Origin: Actinomycetota bacterium
GTDB taxonomy: Bacteria > Actinomycetota > Geothermincolia > Geothermincolales > RBG-13-55-18
Assembly (NCBI GenBank): GCA_014360685.1
Contig: JACIXB010000016.1
Location: forward strand, 253,586-317,585
Reading direction: 5' to 3'
Length of the DNA stretch: 64,000 nucleotides
This document shows positions 36,120-45,515 of this stretch, piece by piece. Within the stretch, counting starts at the first letter, position 1; each line of letters starts with the position of its first letter. The notes beneath the pieces are model-generated. The model was not told the DNA's origin and did not search any database. It saw only the letters and a list, made by a program, of their open reading frames with translations. The position numbers and the translations under genes are program-made.

Positions 36120-37823
36120 ATGATTCCGAGCGACCTTGAGATCGCCCAGGCGGCGGAGATGCTCCCCATCACCGAGATCGCCAAGAACATGGGGCTGGAG
36201 GAGGACGAGATCGAGCTCTACGGCAAGTACAAGGCCAAGATCAATTTTGAACAAGTCCTGGAGCGTATGAAGGACCGCCCGGACGCCAAGTACATCGACG
36301 TCACCGCCATCACCCCCACCCCCCTCGGAGAGGGCAAGACGGTGACCTCCATCGGGTTGACCCAGGCCCTGGGGAAGATAGGGAAAAACGTGGTCCTCAC
36401 CCTTCGTGAGCCCTCCCTGGGCCCGGTATTCGGCATCAAGGGCGGAGCGGCCGGAGGCGGGTATTCCCAGGTGGTCCCCATGGAGGATCTCAACCTCCAT
36501 TTCACCGGTGACATCCACGCCGTGGGGGCGGCCAACAACCTGCTGGCGGCCATGATCGATACCAGCATCCTGCTGGGTAACCCCTTGAACATCGATCCCC
36601 TGACCATCTCCTGGCGCCGGGTGGTGGACATCAGCGACCGCGCCCTGCGGGATATCGTCATCGGCCTCGGCGGCAGGGAGAACGGTTATCCGCGCCAGAC
36701 CGGTTACGACATCACCGTGGCCTCCGAGGTCATGGCCATCCTGGCCCTGGCCAAGAACCTTAAGGACCTCAGGCAGCGCCTGGGCCGCATAGTGGTGGCT
36801 TATACCTATGACGGCAAGCCGGTGACCGCCGAGGACCTCAAAGCCGCGGGGGCTATGACCGTGCTCCTCAAGGAGGCCCTCAAGCCCAACCTCATCCAGA
36901 CCCTGGAACACCAGCCCTGCATCATGCATGCCGGGCCCTTCGCCAACATCGCCCACGGCAACAACTCCGTGGTGGCCGACCTGGTGGCCCTCAAGTGCGC
37001 CGATTACGTGGTCACGGAGTCCGGTTTCGGCGCCGACTGCGGAGCGGAGAAGATGATGAACATAAAGGTCCGCGCCCTGGGCAAATCCCCGGACTGCGTG
37101 GTCATCACCTGCACCATCCGGGCCTTGAAGATGCACGGAGGCGCCTTCACCGTGCGACCCGGAAAGCCCATCGACGAGGAGCTGGTGAAAAAGGAGAACA
37201 TGCCCGCCCTGGAGGAGGGCACCGGTAACCTCATCAAGATGATCGAGAACATGAAGCTCTTCGGGCTGCCGGTGGTGGTGACCATCAACAAGCGGACCAC
37301 GGACACCGACCAGGAGATCCAGCTGGTCAAGAAGCTGGCCGAAGAGGCCGGCGTGGTGGCCTGCGTGCCCATCGAGGTGTGGGCCAAGGGCGGCGAGGGA
37401 GGCAAAGAAGCCGCTGAGGCGGTGGTGGAGGCCTGCAACCAGCCCAAGGAGTTCAAGTTCCTCTACGAGCTGGACTGGCCAATCAAGAAAAAGATCGAGA
37501 CCATCGCCACCAAGATCTACGGCGCCGATGGGGTGGACTACAGCCCGCTCGCGGAGCAGAAGATACAGCAGTACACGGAGGCGGGCTGGGACAAGTTGCC
37601 CATCTGCATGGCCAAGACCCATCTATCCCTCTCCCATGACCCCAACCTGAAGGGCGTTCCCAAGGGTTACCGTCTCCCGGTGGTGGATATCCGTCCCTCC
37701 ATCGGGGCCGGGTTCCTCTACCCCCTGTGCGGGGCCATGAGGACCATGCCCGGCTTGCCCAGCCGACCGGCGGCGGTGGACGTGGACATCGACGAGACTG
37801 GCAGGACGGTGGGCCTGTTCTGA
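36120..37823 (+). CDS. fhs: formate--tetrahydrofolate ligase
   Basis: TPTPLGEGKT, GIKGGAAGGGYSQV, HAGPFANIAHG and ICMAKTHLSLS. Confidence 0.98.
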   Translation: MIPSDLEIAQAAEMLPITEIAKNMGLEEDEIELYGKYKAKINFEQVLERMKDRPDAKYIDVTAITPTPLGEGKTVTSIGLTQALGKIGKNVVLTLREPSLGPVFGIKGGAAGGGYSQVVPMEDLNLHFTGDIHAVGAANNLLAAMIDTSILLGNPLNIDPLTISWRRVVDISDRALRDIVIGLGGRENGYPRQTGYDITVASEVMAILALAKNLKDLRQRLGRIVVAYTYDGKPVTAEDLKAAGAMTVLLKEALKPNLIQTLEHQPCIMHAGPFANIAHGNNSVVADLVALKCADYVVTESGFGADCGAEKMMNIKVRALGKSPDCVVITCTIRALKMHGGAFTVRPGKPIDEELVKKENMPALEEGTGNLIKMIENMKLFGLPVVVTINKRTTDTDQEIQLVKKLAEEAGVVACVPIEVWAKGGEGGKEAAEAVVEACNQPKEFKFLYELDWPIKKKIETIATKIYGADGVDYSPLAEQKIQQYTEAGWDKLPICMAKTHLSLSHDPNLKGVPKGYRLPVVDIRPSIGAGFLYPLCGAMRTMPGLPSRPAAVDVDIDETGRTVGLF

Positions 37824-37857
37824 TGGTCGTGAAAGACTTCTGAAGATGAGAGGTGAC

Positions 37858-37886
37858 GATGCCCCGGTCCACCCGACCGGGGCATC
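37858..37886 (+). other. perfect 12-bp intergenic hairpin (fhs-acsV)
   Basis: GATGCCCCGGTC-caccc-GACCGGGGCATC, with no U tract. Confidence 0.7.
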
Positions 37887-37922
37887 GACCGGAAGGGCCG
37901 GAGGTAACGCGGAGGAGGGCGC

Positions 37923-39908
37923 TTGGAGGAGACCTGCAGGGTACTGTTCCTTCCTGATAATCGCTATATAGTGGTCCCCCGGGGGGAGAACCTCCTCAAG
38001 GCGGCTATGGACGCCGACGTGCACGTCAACGCTTCCTGCGGGGGCTCCGGGTCCTGCGGCAAGTGCCGGGTGGTGGTGGAAGAGGGGGAGGTGGAGAGGG
38101 AGCCCAACCCCAAGCTCTCTCCGGAGGAGACAGCCAAGGGCTACGCCTTGGCCTGCCAGACCAGGGTTCTCTCGGACCTCCGGGTGAGGGTCCCCATCGA
38201 GTCGCGCATCGGCGACAAGAGGATCTTCGAGCGCCGGGAACCCGTCCCCGCCCACGGACACCTCCTATCCGCCGCCGACTGGGAGAAGAGACTCCCCCAC
38301 TGGGAACTCAATCCCTCAACCTGCAAGGTCCACCTGGTCCTCCCTCCTCCGACCCTGGACGACAACGTCAGCGATGCGGAGCGGGTGAAGAGGGGGCTGG
38401 CCATGGAAGCCGGGCTGCGCGAGGTGGTCATCGACTACCCGGTGTTGCAGCGATTGCCCAACATGCTGCGCCAGAGCGACTGGGACATCACGGTCACCGT
38501 CCTGGACAGCGGGGAGGAGCTCCGCGCCGTGCGCATCGAGCAGGGGGACACCACGAAACGCCAGTCGGCCATCGCCATAGACGTGGGAACCACCACCATA
38601 TCCGCCGAGCTCATCGACCTGCGCACGGGGGAGGTCACCGCCCGGGCCTCAGACTACAACGCCCAGGTGGCCTTCGGCGAGGACGTCATCACCCGCATCA
38701 TCTACGCCACCCGCGGCACCGGCCTGGCCAAGCTGCAGTCGGTGGTGGTGGGGACCATCTGGAACCTCATCAAGACCCTGGTGGAGCAGGCGGGTATCGA
38801 GTACTGCAACATCACCCACCTGGTGGTGGCCGGGAACACCACCATGACCCACCTCCTCCTGGGCCTGAACCCCAAGTACATCCGCGAGGAACCATACATC
38901 CCATCGGCCACCTTCTTCCCCTGGATAAAGTGCAGCGACATCGGCCTGCGCATCGCCGCCGGGGTGTACCTCTACGCCATACCCTGCGTGGCCTCCTATG
39001 TGGGCGGGGACATCGTGGCCGGGATGCTGGCCTCGGGGATCTTCAACACCGACAAGCTCACCCTGTACATAGACATCGGGACCAACGGGGAGATGGTCCT
39101 GGGCAACCGGGAGTGGATGCTCTCCTGCTCCTGCTCCGCCGGGCCCGCCTTCGAGGGGGGCGGGGTGAAGCACGGCATGCGGGCCACCCGCGGGGCCATC
39201 GAGCAGGTGCGTATCAACCCCGGGAACTACGAGCCCATGATCATCACCGTGGGCAACCGCAAGCCCATCGGCATCTGCGGCTCGGGGCTCATCGACGCCC
39301 TATCCGAGATGTTCATGACCGGGATCATCAACGAGAAGGGGAAGATCAACACGGACCTCCCCACCGACCGGGTGCGGGCCACGGAGGGGGGAGCGGAGTA
39401 CGTGCTGGTGCGGGCGGAGGACTCCGCCACCCGGAGGGACATAGTCATCACCGAGGTGGACATCGACAACCTCATGCGGGCCAAGGCAGCCGTCTACGCG
39501 GGCATAGAGATACTCCTCTCCTCGGTGGACATGGACGTGTCCATGATCGACGAGCTGCTCATCGCCGGGGCCTTCGGGCGCTACCTGGAGGTGGACAAGG
39601 CGGTGAACATCGGCCTCCTCCCGGACATCGGCTTCGAGAAGATGAAGTTCGTGGGCAACGGGTCCCTCCTGGGAGCCCACCTCTCCGCCCTGTCCAAGGA
39701 CATGCTGGAGAAGGCCAACGAGATAGCCCGGCAGATGACCTACCTGGAACTGTCCATGAACCCCGCCTTCATGGAGCACTACCTGTCGGCTCTCTTCTTC
39801 CCCCACACCAACCTGGACGCCTTCCCCTCGGTGAAGGAGAAACTGGAGGCCCGGAGGAAGGTGCGCTACGCGGGCGGGGAGGCGGCTACCGCCAGGGAGG
39901 TGGGTTGA
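37923..39908 (+). CDS. acsV: corrinoid activation protein (RACo/AcsV; 2Fe-2S plus ASKHA ATPase)
   Basis: CGGSGSCGKC...LACQ ferredoxin, DVGTTT, FGEDVITRI, DIGTNGE, AGPAFEG and GICGSG. Confidence 0.92.
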   Translation: MEETCRVLFLPDNRYIVVPRGENLLKAAMDADVHVNASCGGSGSCGKCRVVVEEGEVEREPNPKLSPEETAKGYALACQTRVLSDLRVRVPIESRIGDKRIFERREPVPAHGHLLSAADWEKRLPHWELNPSTCKVHLVLPPPTLDDNVSDAERVKRGLAMEAGLREVVIDYPVLQRLPNMLRQSDWDITVTVLDSGEELRAVRIEQGDTTKRQSAIAIDVGTTTISAELIDLRTGEVTARASDYNAQVAFGEDVITRIIYATRGTGLAKLQSVVVGTIWNLIKTLVEQAGIEYCNITHLVVAGNTTMTHLLLGLNPKYIREEPYIPSATFFPWIKCSDIGLRIAAGVYLYAIPCVASYVGGDIVAGMLASGIFNTDKLTLYIDIGTNGEMVLGNREWMLSCSCSAGPAFEGGGVKHGMRATRGAIEQVRINPGNYEPMIITVGNRKPIGICGSGLIDALSEMFMTGIINEKGKINTDLPTDRVRATEGGAEYVLVRAEDSATRRDIVITEVDIDNLMRAKAAVYAGIEILLSSVDMDVSMIDELLIAGAFGRYLEVDKAVNIGLLPDIGFEKMKFVGNGSLLGAHLSALSKDMLEKANEIARQMTYLELSMNPAFMEHYLSALFFPHTNLDAFPSVKEKLEARRKVRYAGGEAATAREVG

Positions 39909-39909
39909 G

Positions 39910-40686
39910 GTGAGCGTGGTCATCGCCGTGTCCGGCAAGGGGGGTACGGGGAAGACCACCTTCTCCGCCCTGGCCGTGGATTACCTGGTGCGCGCCACGG
40001 GAAAGGCGGTCCTGGCCGTGGACGCCGATTCCAACGCCAACCTGGACCAGGCCCTGGGCACCCGGGCGGAGAAGACCATCGGGGCGGTGCGGGAGTACCT
40101 CACCGAGAACGTCTCCCGCATCCCCGCCGGGATGTCCAAGGAAGTGTGGGTGGAGACCATGCTCCGCCAGGCCCTGGTGGAGGAGAAGGGTTTCGACCTC
40201 ATCTCCATGGGAAGGCCGGAGGGACCGGGCTGTTACTGCTACTTGAACAACATCTTCCGTCGCTACCTGGACATCATGACCAAACAGTACGAGTACGTGG
40301 TCATGGACAACGAGGCGGGAATGGAACACCTCTCCCGCCGAACCACGCGTGGCGTGGACTTGATGTTCATCGCCTCCGACCCCACCGTGCGCGGGGTGCG
40401 CACCGCTTTGCGCATCCGGGACCTGGCCCGGGAGCTCAAGTTGGACATCCGCCGCATGGCCCTGGTGGTGTCCCGGGTCAGGGACGGGCTTCCGGATAAC
40501 CTCAAGGCCATCGCCGAGGAGGCCAACCTGGAGGTGGCCGGGGTGGTTCCGGAGGACCCCATGGTCTCGAGCCTGGACGAGGAGGGAAGGGCCATAACCG
40601 AGCTTCCCCCGGAGAGCCCGGCCCGCCGGGCGGTGGAGGGCATCCTCTCCCGCTACCTGGAAGCCCTCAAGGGGCCGCGCGGGTGA
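39910..40686 (+). CDS. cooC: CooC/AcsF nickel-insertion ATPase
   Basis: GKGGTGKT, DADSNANL, GPGCYC and DNEAGMEHLSR. Confidence 0.92.
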   Translation: MSVVIAVSGKGGTGKTTFSALAVDYLVRATGKAVLAVDADSNANLDQALGTRAEKTIGAVREYLTENVSRIPAGMSKEVWVETMLRQALVEEKGFDLISMGRPEGPGCYCYLNNIFRRYLDIMTKQYEYVVMDNEAGMEHLSRRTTRGVDLMFIASDPTVRGVRTALRIRDLARELKLDIRRMALVVSRVRDGLPDNLKAIAEEANLEVAGVVPEDPMVSSLDEEGRAITELPPESPARRAVEGILSRYLEALKGPRG

Positions 40687-40770
40687 ACCGGGTTTGGGTG
40701 TTTAATGAAAATGGTGGAATTGTGCAGGGAGAAGTGCGATAATCAGGATTTGGACCGGGGAGGTCTGACG

Positions 40771-41397
40771 ATGTACGTAGAGAAGCCCATGGTCGTATTC
40801 CTGGACAAGCTCGCCTCCAGGTCGCCGGAGCCGGGTGGAGGCTCCGCTTCCGCATTGGTGGGGGCCGTGGGCGCGGCCCTGGTCTCCATGGTGGCCAACC
40901 TGACCCTGGGCAAGGAGAAGTACGCCGACGTCCAGGACCGCATCGAGGAACTGCTGCGCGATTCGGAAGCGTTGCGCGCCGACCTGCAGACACTCCTCCA
41001 GAGGGACACCGAGGTCTACGCCGACGTCTCCGCGGCTTACAAGCTCCCCCGCGATACGGAGGAACAGAAGGCGGAGCGGAACGCCCGCATCCAGGAAGCC
41101 CTGAAGAAGGCCACCGAGGTACCCTTCGAGATCGCCGAGAAGTGCCTGCAGGTGGCCCGCCTCTCGGAGACGGCGGCGGAGATCGGGAACGTGGGCGCGG
41201 TGAGCGACGCCGGGGTGGCGGTCCTCCTGGCCGAGGCGGCGGCCCAGAGCGCGGCCCTCAACGTGAAGATAAACGTGAACAGCATCGAGGACCGGGATTT
41301 CGCCGGGGCCCGCTGGGCTCGCATAGAGGAGATCCTCGGGGAAACCGCCCGCCTGCGGGACCGCGTGGTGAAGCTGACTTACGAGAAACTCGGATAG
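40771..41397 (+). CDS. fchA: methenyl-THF cyclohydrolase / cyclodeaminase family
   Basis: LAS.SPEPGGGSASAL, MVANLTLGKEKY, GN..AVSDAGV and NVKIN. Confidence 0.9.
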   Translation: MYVEKPMVVFLDKLASRSPEPGGGSASALVGAVGAALVSMVANLTLGKEKYADVQDRIEELLRDSEALRADLQTLLQRDTEVYADVSAAYKLPRDTEEQKAERNARIQEALKKATEVPFEIAEKCLQVARLSETAAEIGNVGAVSDAGVAVLLAEAAAQSAALNVKINVNSIEDRDFAGARWARIEEILGETARLRDRVVKLTYEKLG

Positions 41398-41553
41398 GAG
41401 CGCCCGAAAGGCGGTCCCCACGCGATCCCCGCGCATGAACCCGCTGACGCGGACGCGTGGCGCGGGCGCGGGTAATGATCCATGGGATACGAGGGACGTT
41501 AAGGTGGGAGGAAGGAAGGAATCCCCTCCGGAAAAGGGAAAGGAGCGAGGCTT

Positions 41554-42492
41554 ATGACCGTGGTCATCGATTGCGTCGCCATCGGCGAGGAGCTGATGAA
41601 GGAGATCGTGGCCGAGACGGAGGCCCTCAAGGCCAAGGGGATAACCCCCGGAATAGCCACCCTACTGGTGGGGGACGATTTCGGAGCCCGCATGTACCGG
41701 GGGCAGGTGGAGAAGTTCTGCCAGGAGGCGGGCTTCAACTATTTCAACGAGAACCCGCCGGCGGACGTCACCGAGGAAGAGGTGGTGGAGATCGTCAAGC
41801 GGCTCAACGCCGACAAGGCGGTTTCCGGCATCCTCCCCCTGCGTCCCTTCCCGGAGCACATCTCCGACAGCGCGGTGATCAACTCCATCGACGTGAACAA
41901 GGACATCGACTGCTTCCACCCCTTCAACATGGGCAAGCTGGCCCTGGGCGAGCCCACCTTCCCGCCGGCCACCCCCTCCGCGGTGGTGGAGATACTGGAC
42001 CGCTACGCCCGGGAATACGAGAAGATGGACCCCAAGGACTTCTACGAGGGCGCGGAGATCGTGGTGGTGGGCCATTCCAACATCGTGGGCAAGCCGGTGG
42101 CCTTCCTCATGCTCAACCGCAACGCCACCACCACCGTGTGCCACGTCTTCACCAGCATGAAGGGCAACCTGGAAAAGCATACCAAGGGGGCGGACATCCT
42201 CATCGTGGCCGCCGGCAAAGCCGGCCTCATCGGCCCGGAACAGGTGAAGGAAGGGGCCATCGTGGTGGACGTGGGCATCAACCGGGTGAAGGTCCTGGAC
42301 GAGAAGGGCGAGCCGGTGCTGAATGAGAAGGGCAAGCCCAAGACCAAGACGGTGGGCGACGTGGCCTTCGACGCCGTCAAGGACATGGTCAAGGCCATCA
42401 CCCCGGTGCCCGGCGGCGTGGGGTCGGTGACCAACCGCATGCTCATGAAGAACGCCCTGCGCGCCTGCAAGCTCCAGCACGGCCTGGAATGA
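41554..42492 (+). CDS. folD: methylene-THF dehydrogenase/cyclohydrolase
   Basis: KDIDCFHP.N.G, GHSNIVGKP, DVGINR and ITPVPGGVG. Confidence 0.95.
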   Translation: MTVVIDCVAIGEELMKEIVAETEALKAKGITPGIATLLVGDDFGARMYRGQVEKFCQEAGFNYFNENPPADVTEEEVVEIVKRLNADKAVSGILPLRPFPEHISDSAVINSIDVNKDIDCFHPFNMGKLALGEPTFPPATPSAVVEILDRYAREYEKMDPKDFYEGAEIVVVGHSNIVGKPVAFLMLNRNATTTVCHVFTSMKGNLEKHTKGADILIVAAGKAGLIGPEQVKEGAIVVDVGINRVKVLDEKGEPVLNEKGKPKTKTVGDVAFDAVKDMVKAITPVPGGVGSVTNRMLMKNALRACKLQHGLE

Positions 42493-42568
42493 CGGGGGTC
42501 AAGGTCCTCGACGGAGGTTGAAAATATCATAATCACTGGTGGTTGAGACATCGGAAAGGAGTAGAGAG

Positions 42569-43510
42569 ATGGCATTCACCCTACCGACGGAAACGGCCAA
42601 GGGCAAGATCCGCGAGGTAGAGCTGGGAGCCGGGGAAAAGGCCCGCAAGGTGGGCGGCGAGACCTGCCTCCCCTTCTATCTATGGGAGGGCGAGATGCCC
42701 AACAAGCCCCTGGTGGCCGCTGAGGTCATGGACGAGGTGGGCGAGCTGGTCCCGGCCCTGGAGAAAGCCCTGGGCGGGGTGAAGGACGACCCCGTGGCCT
42801 GGGCTAAGAAGGCCGTGGAGGAATGGGGAGCGGACGCCGTTTTCCTCCTCCTCACCTCCACCGACCCCAAGGGAACCGACGCCCCCGCCGACCAGGCGGC
42901 GGAGACGGTGCTCAAGGTGGAGGAGGCGGTGAAGGTCCCGGTCATCGTCTACGGCACCGAGGACCTGGAGAAGGACGCCGAGATCGCCCGCGTGGTGTCC
43001 ACCAAGGCGGAGGGCAGGAACCTGCTCATCGGCCCGGCCAAGGAGGACAACTTCAAGAAGGTGGGGGCCCCGGCCATCGGCTACAAGCAGACCGTCGCCG
43101 GCATGACCCCCATCGACGTCAACCTGGCCAAACAGCTGAACATCCTCCTCACCAACCTGGGCATGGAGGCGGACAAGCTGATCATCGACCCCACCACCGG
43201 GGCCCTGGGCTACGGCCTGGAGTACACCTACTCGGTGATGGAGCGCCTGAAGATCGCCGCCCTTTTCCAGGACGACTCCATGACCCAGATGCCCATGCTG
43301 GCCAACATCGGCTTCCAGGCCTGGAAGACCAAAGAGGCCAAGAGCTCCGAGGAGGATTACCCGGAGTGGGGCGACCCGGAGAAGCGCGGCATCATGTGGG
43401 AGACGGTGACCGCGGTGGCCCTGCTTTTGGCCGGCGCGGACATCCTGGTCCTGCGCCACCCGGAGTCCATCCGCCTGGTGAAGCAGCTCATCGCCGACCT
43501 ATCCGGGTAG
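42569..43510 (+). CDS. acsD: corrinoid Fe-S protein small subunit
   Basis: VGGETCLPFY, PIDVNLAKQLN and DPTTGALGYGLEYTYSVMER. Confidence 0.95.
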   Translation: MAFTLPTETAKGKIREVELGAGEKARKVGGETCLPFYLWEGEMPNKPLVAAEVMDEVGELVPALEKALGGVKDDPVAWAKKAVEEWGADAVFLLLTSTDPKGTDAPADQAAETVLKVEEAVKVPVIVYGTEDLEKDAEIARVVSTKAEGRNLLIGPAKEDNFKKVGAPAIGYKQTVAGMTPIDVNLAKQLNILLTNLGMEADKLIIDPTTGALGYGLEYTYSVMERLKIAALFQDDSMTQMPMLANIGFQAWKTKEAKSSEEDYPEWGDPEKRGIMWETVTAVALLLAGADILVLRHPESIRLVKQLIADLSG

Positions 43511-43577
43511 GCTTGGACATATGAGAGAAAGGGGTTCGCGAAGGACCCGAGACCAATTCACGGGAGGAACTGGAGAC

Positions 43578-45515
43578 ATGGCAGAGATCGAGGAACTTTC
43601 GGCGTGCGAGGCCACGCTGGAGATGCTCAGGCAGGCCAAGGAGGAGGGCCAGGAGACAGCCTTCGACCGCGTGGAGCAGCAGAAGGGATGCGCCTTCGGG
43701 GAGGCGGGCAGTTGCTGCCGCATATGCAACATGGGGCCCTGCCGCATCAACCCCAAGAAGCCGGAGGAGAGCCGGGGGGTGTGCGGGGCCACCATGGACA
43801 CCATCGTGGCCCGCAACTTCGCCCGCATGGTCTGCGGGGGAGCGTCGGCTCACTCCGACCACGGGCGCGCGGTGGCCGAGACCCTCATCCTGGCCGCGAA
43901 AGGTGAGGCCAAGGACTACGAGATCAAGGACCGCATCAAGCTCCTGGAGGTGGCCGCCGACCTGGGCGTGGAGGTGGGAGACCGCGACATCAACGACATC
44001 GCCCTGGAGGTGGGCGAGCGCTGCCTGGCCATGTTCGGGCAGCAGGAGGGCGAGCTGGCCTTCGCCCAGCGGGCCCCCGAGCCGCGCAAGGAGATCTGGC
44101 GCCAGCTGGGGGTCTTCCCGCGCGGCATCGACCGCGAGGTGGTGGAGCTCATGCACCGCACCTCCATCGGCGTGGACCAGGACTACGAGAACATCCTCCT
44201 GGCCTGCGCCCGCACCGCCCTGGCCGACGGCTGGGGAGGCTCCATGATCGGCACCGAGCTGCAGGACATCCTCTTCCAGACCCCGGTGCCCCTGGAGTCC
44301 AAGGTCAACCTGGGGGTGCTCAAGGAGGACGAGGTGAACATCATCGTCCACGGGCACGAACCCATCCTCTCGGAGATGATCGTCCTGGCCGCCAACCTCC
44401 CCGAGATGCAGGAGAAGGCCAGGAGCGTGGGGGCCAAGGGGATCAACCTGGCCGGCATCTGCTGCACGGCCAACGAGGTGCTCACCCGCCACGGCGTCCC
44501 CATCGCCGGCAACGTCCTGCAGCAGGAGCTGGCCCTGCTCACCGGGGCCGTGGAGGCCATGATAGTGGACGTGCAGTGCGTGTACCAGGGCATCGGCCAG
44601 ATCGCCAGCTGCCTGCACACGGACATCATCACCACCTCCCCCAAGGCCAAGATGCCCTACGCCCGGCACATCGAGTTCCACGAGGACAGGGCCCTGGACA
44701 TCGCCAAGGAGATCGTCTCCGCGGCCATCGACAACTTCCCCAAGCGGGGCAAGGTGCGCATACCCGACGTCCAGGAGTCCCTCATCGCCGGGTTCAACCA
44801 CGAGTACATCAACTACATGCTGGGCGGGCGCTTCCGCGCCTCCTACCGCCCCCTCAACGACGGGGTCATCGACGGCCGCATCCGCGGCGTGGTGGGCGTG
44901 GTGGGGTGCAACAACCCCCGCGTCAAGCACGACGACGTCCATGTCCGGGTGGTCAAGGAGCTCATCGCCAACGGGTGCCTGGTGGTCATGACCGGGTGCG
45001 CCGCCCAGTCGGTGGCCAAGGCCGGCCTCATGCTCCCCGAGGTGGCCCGGGAGGTCTGCCCCCAGGGGCTGTGGGAGATCTGCGAGGCGGTGGGCATCCC
45101 GCCCGTGCTGCACTGCGGCTCCTGCGTGGACAACAGCCGCATCCTCATCGCCTGCACGGCCATGGTCCACGAGGGAGGGCTGGGCGACGACATCAGCGAG
45201 CTGCCGGTGGCCGGGTGCGCGCCGGAGTGGATGAGCGAGAAGGCCATCTCCATCGGCGAGTACTTCGTGGCCTCGGGCGTGTACACCGTGTTCGGAGTGA
45301 AGTGGCCCACCATGGGCTCCAAGAACGTCACCGACTTCCTGTTCAAGAAGTACGGTGAGCTCTTCAAGAACACCTGGGACTTCGAGCCGGACCCGGAGAA
45401 GATGGTGGGCAAGATACTCAGCCACATCGACAGCAAGCGCGAGGCCCTGGGCATCATGGCCAAGCGCGAACGGGTCCTCTTCGACATGGCCATGAGAAGG
45501 GAGTTGGAGATCTGA
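43578..45515 (+). CDS. acsA: anaerobic CO dehydrogenase catalytic subunit
   Basis: CCRICNMGPC, HGHEP, GICCTANE, GCNN, GSCVDNSR and SEKAISIG. Confidence 0.96.
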   Translation: MAEIEELSACEATLEMLRQAKEEGQETAFDRVEQQKGCAFGEAGSCCRICNMGPCRINPKKPEESRGVCGATMDTIVARNFARMVCGGASAHSDHGRAVAETLILAAKGEAKDYEIKDRIKLLEVAADLGVEVGDRDINDIALEVGERCLAMFGQQEGELAFAQRAPEPRKEIWRQLGVFPRGIDREVVELMHRTSIGVDQDYENILLACARTALADGWGGSMIGTELQDILFQTPVPLESKVNLGVLKEDEVNIIVHGHEPILSEMIVLAANLPEMQEKARSVGAKGINLAGICCTANEVLTRHGVPIAGNVLQQELALLTGAVEAMIVDVQCVYQGIGQIASCLHTDIITTSPKAKMPYARHIEFHEDRALDIAKEIVSAAIDNFPKRGKVRIPDVQESLIAGFNHEYINYMLGGRFRASYRPLNDGVIDGRIRGVVGVVGCNNPRVKHDDVHVRVVKELIANGCLVVMTGCAAQSVAKAGLMLPEVAREVCPQGLWEICEAVGIPPVLHCGSCVDNSRILIACTAMVHEGGLGDDISELPVAGCAPEWMSEKAISIGEYFVASGVYTVFGVKWPTMGSKNVTDFLFKKYGELFKNTWDFEPDPEKMVGKILSHIDSKREALGIMAKRERVLFDMAMRRELEI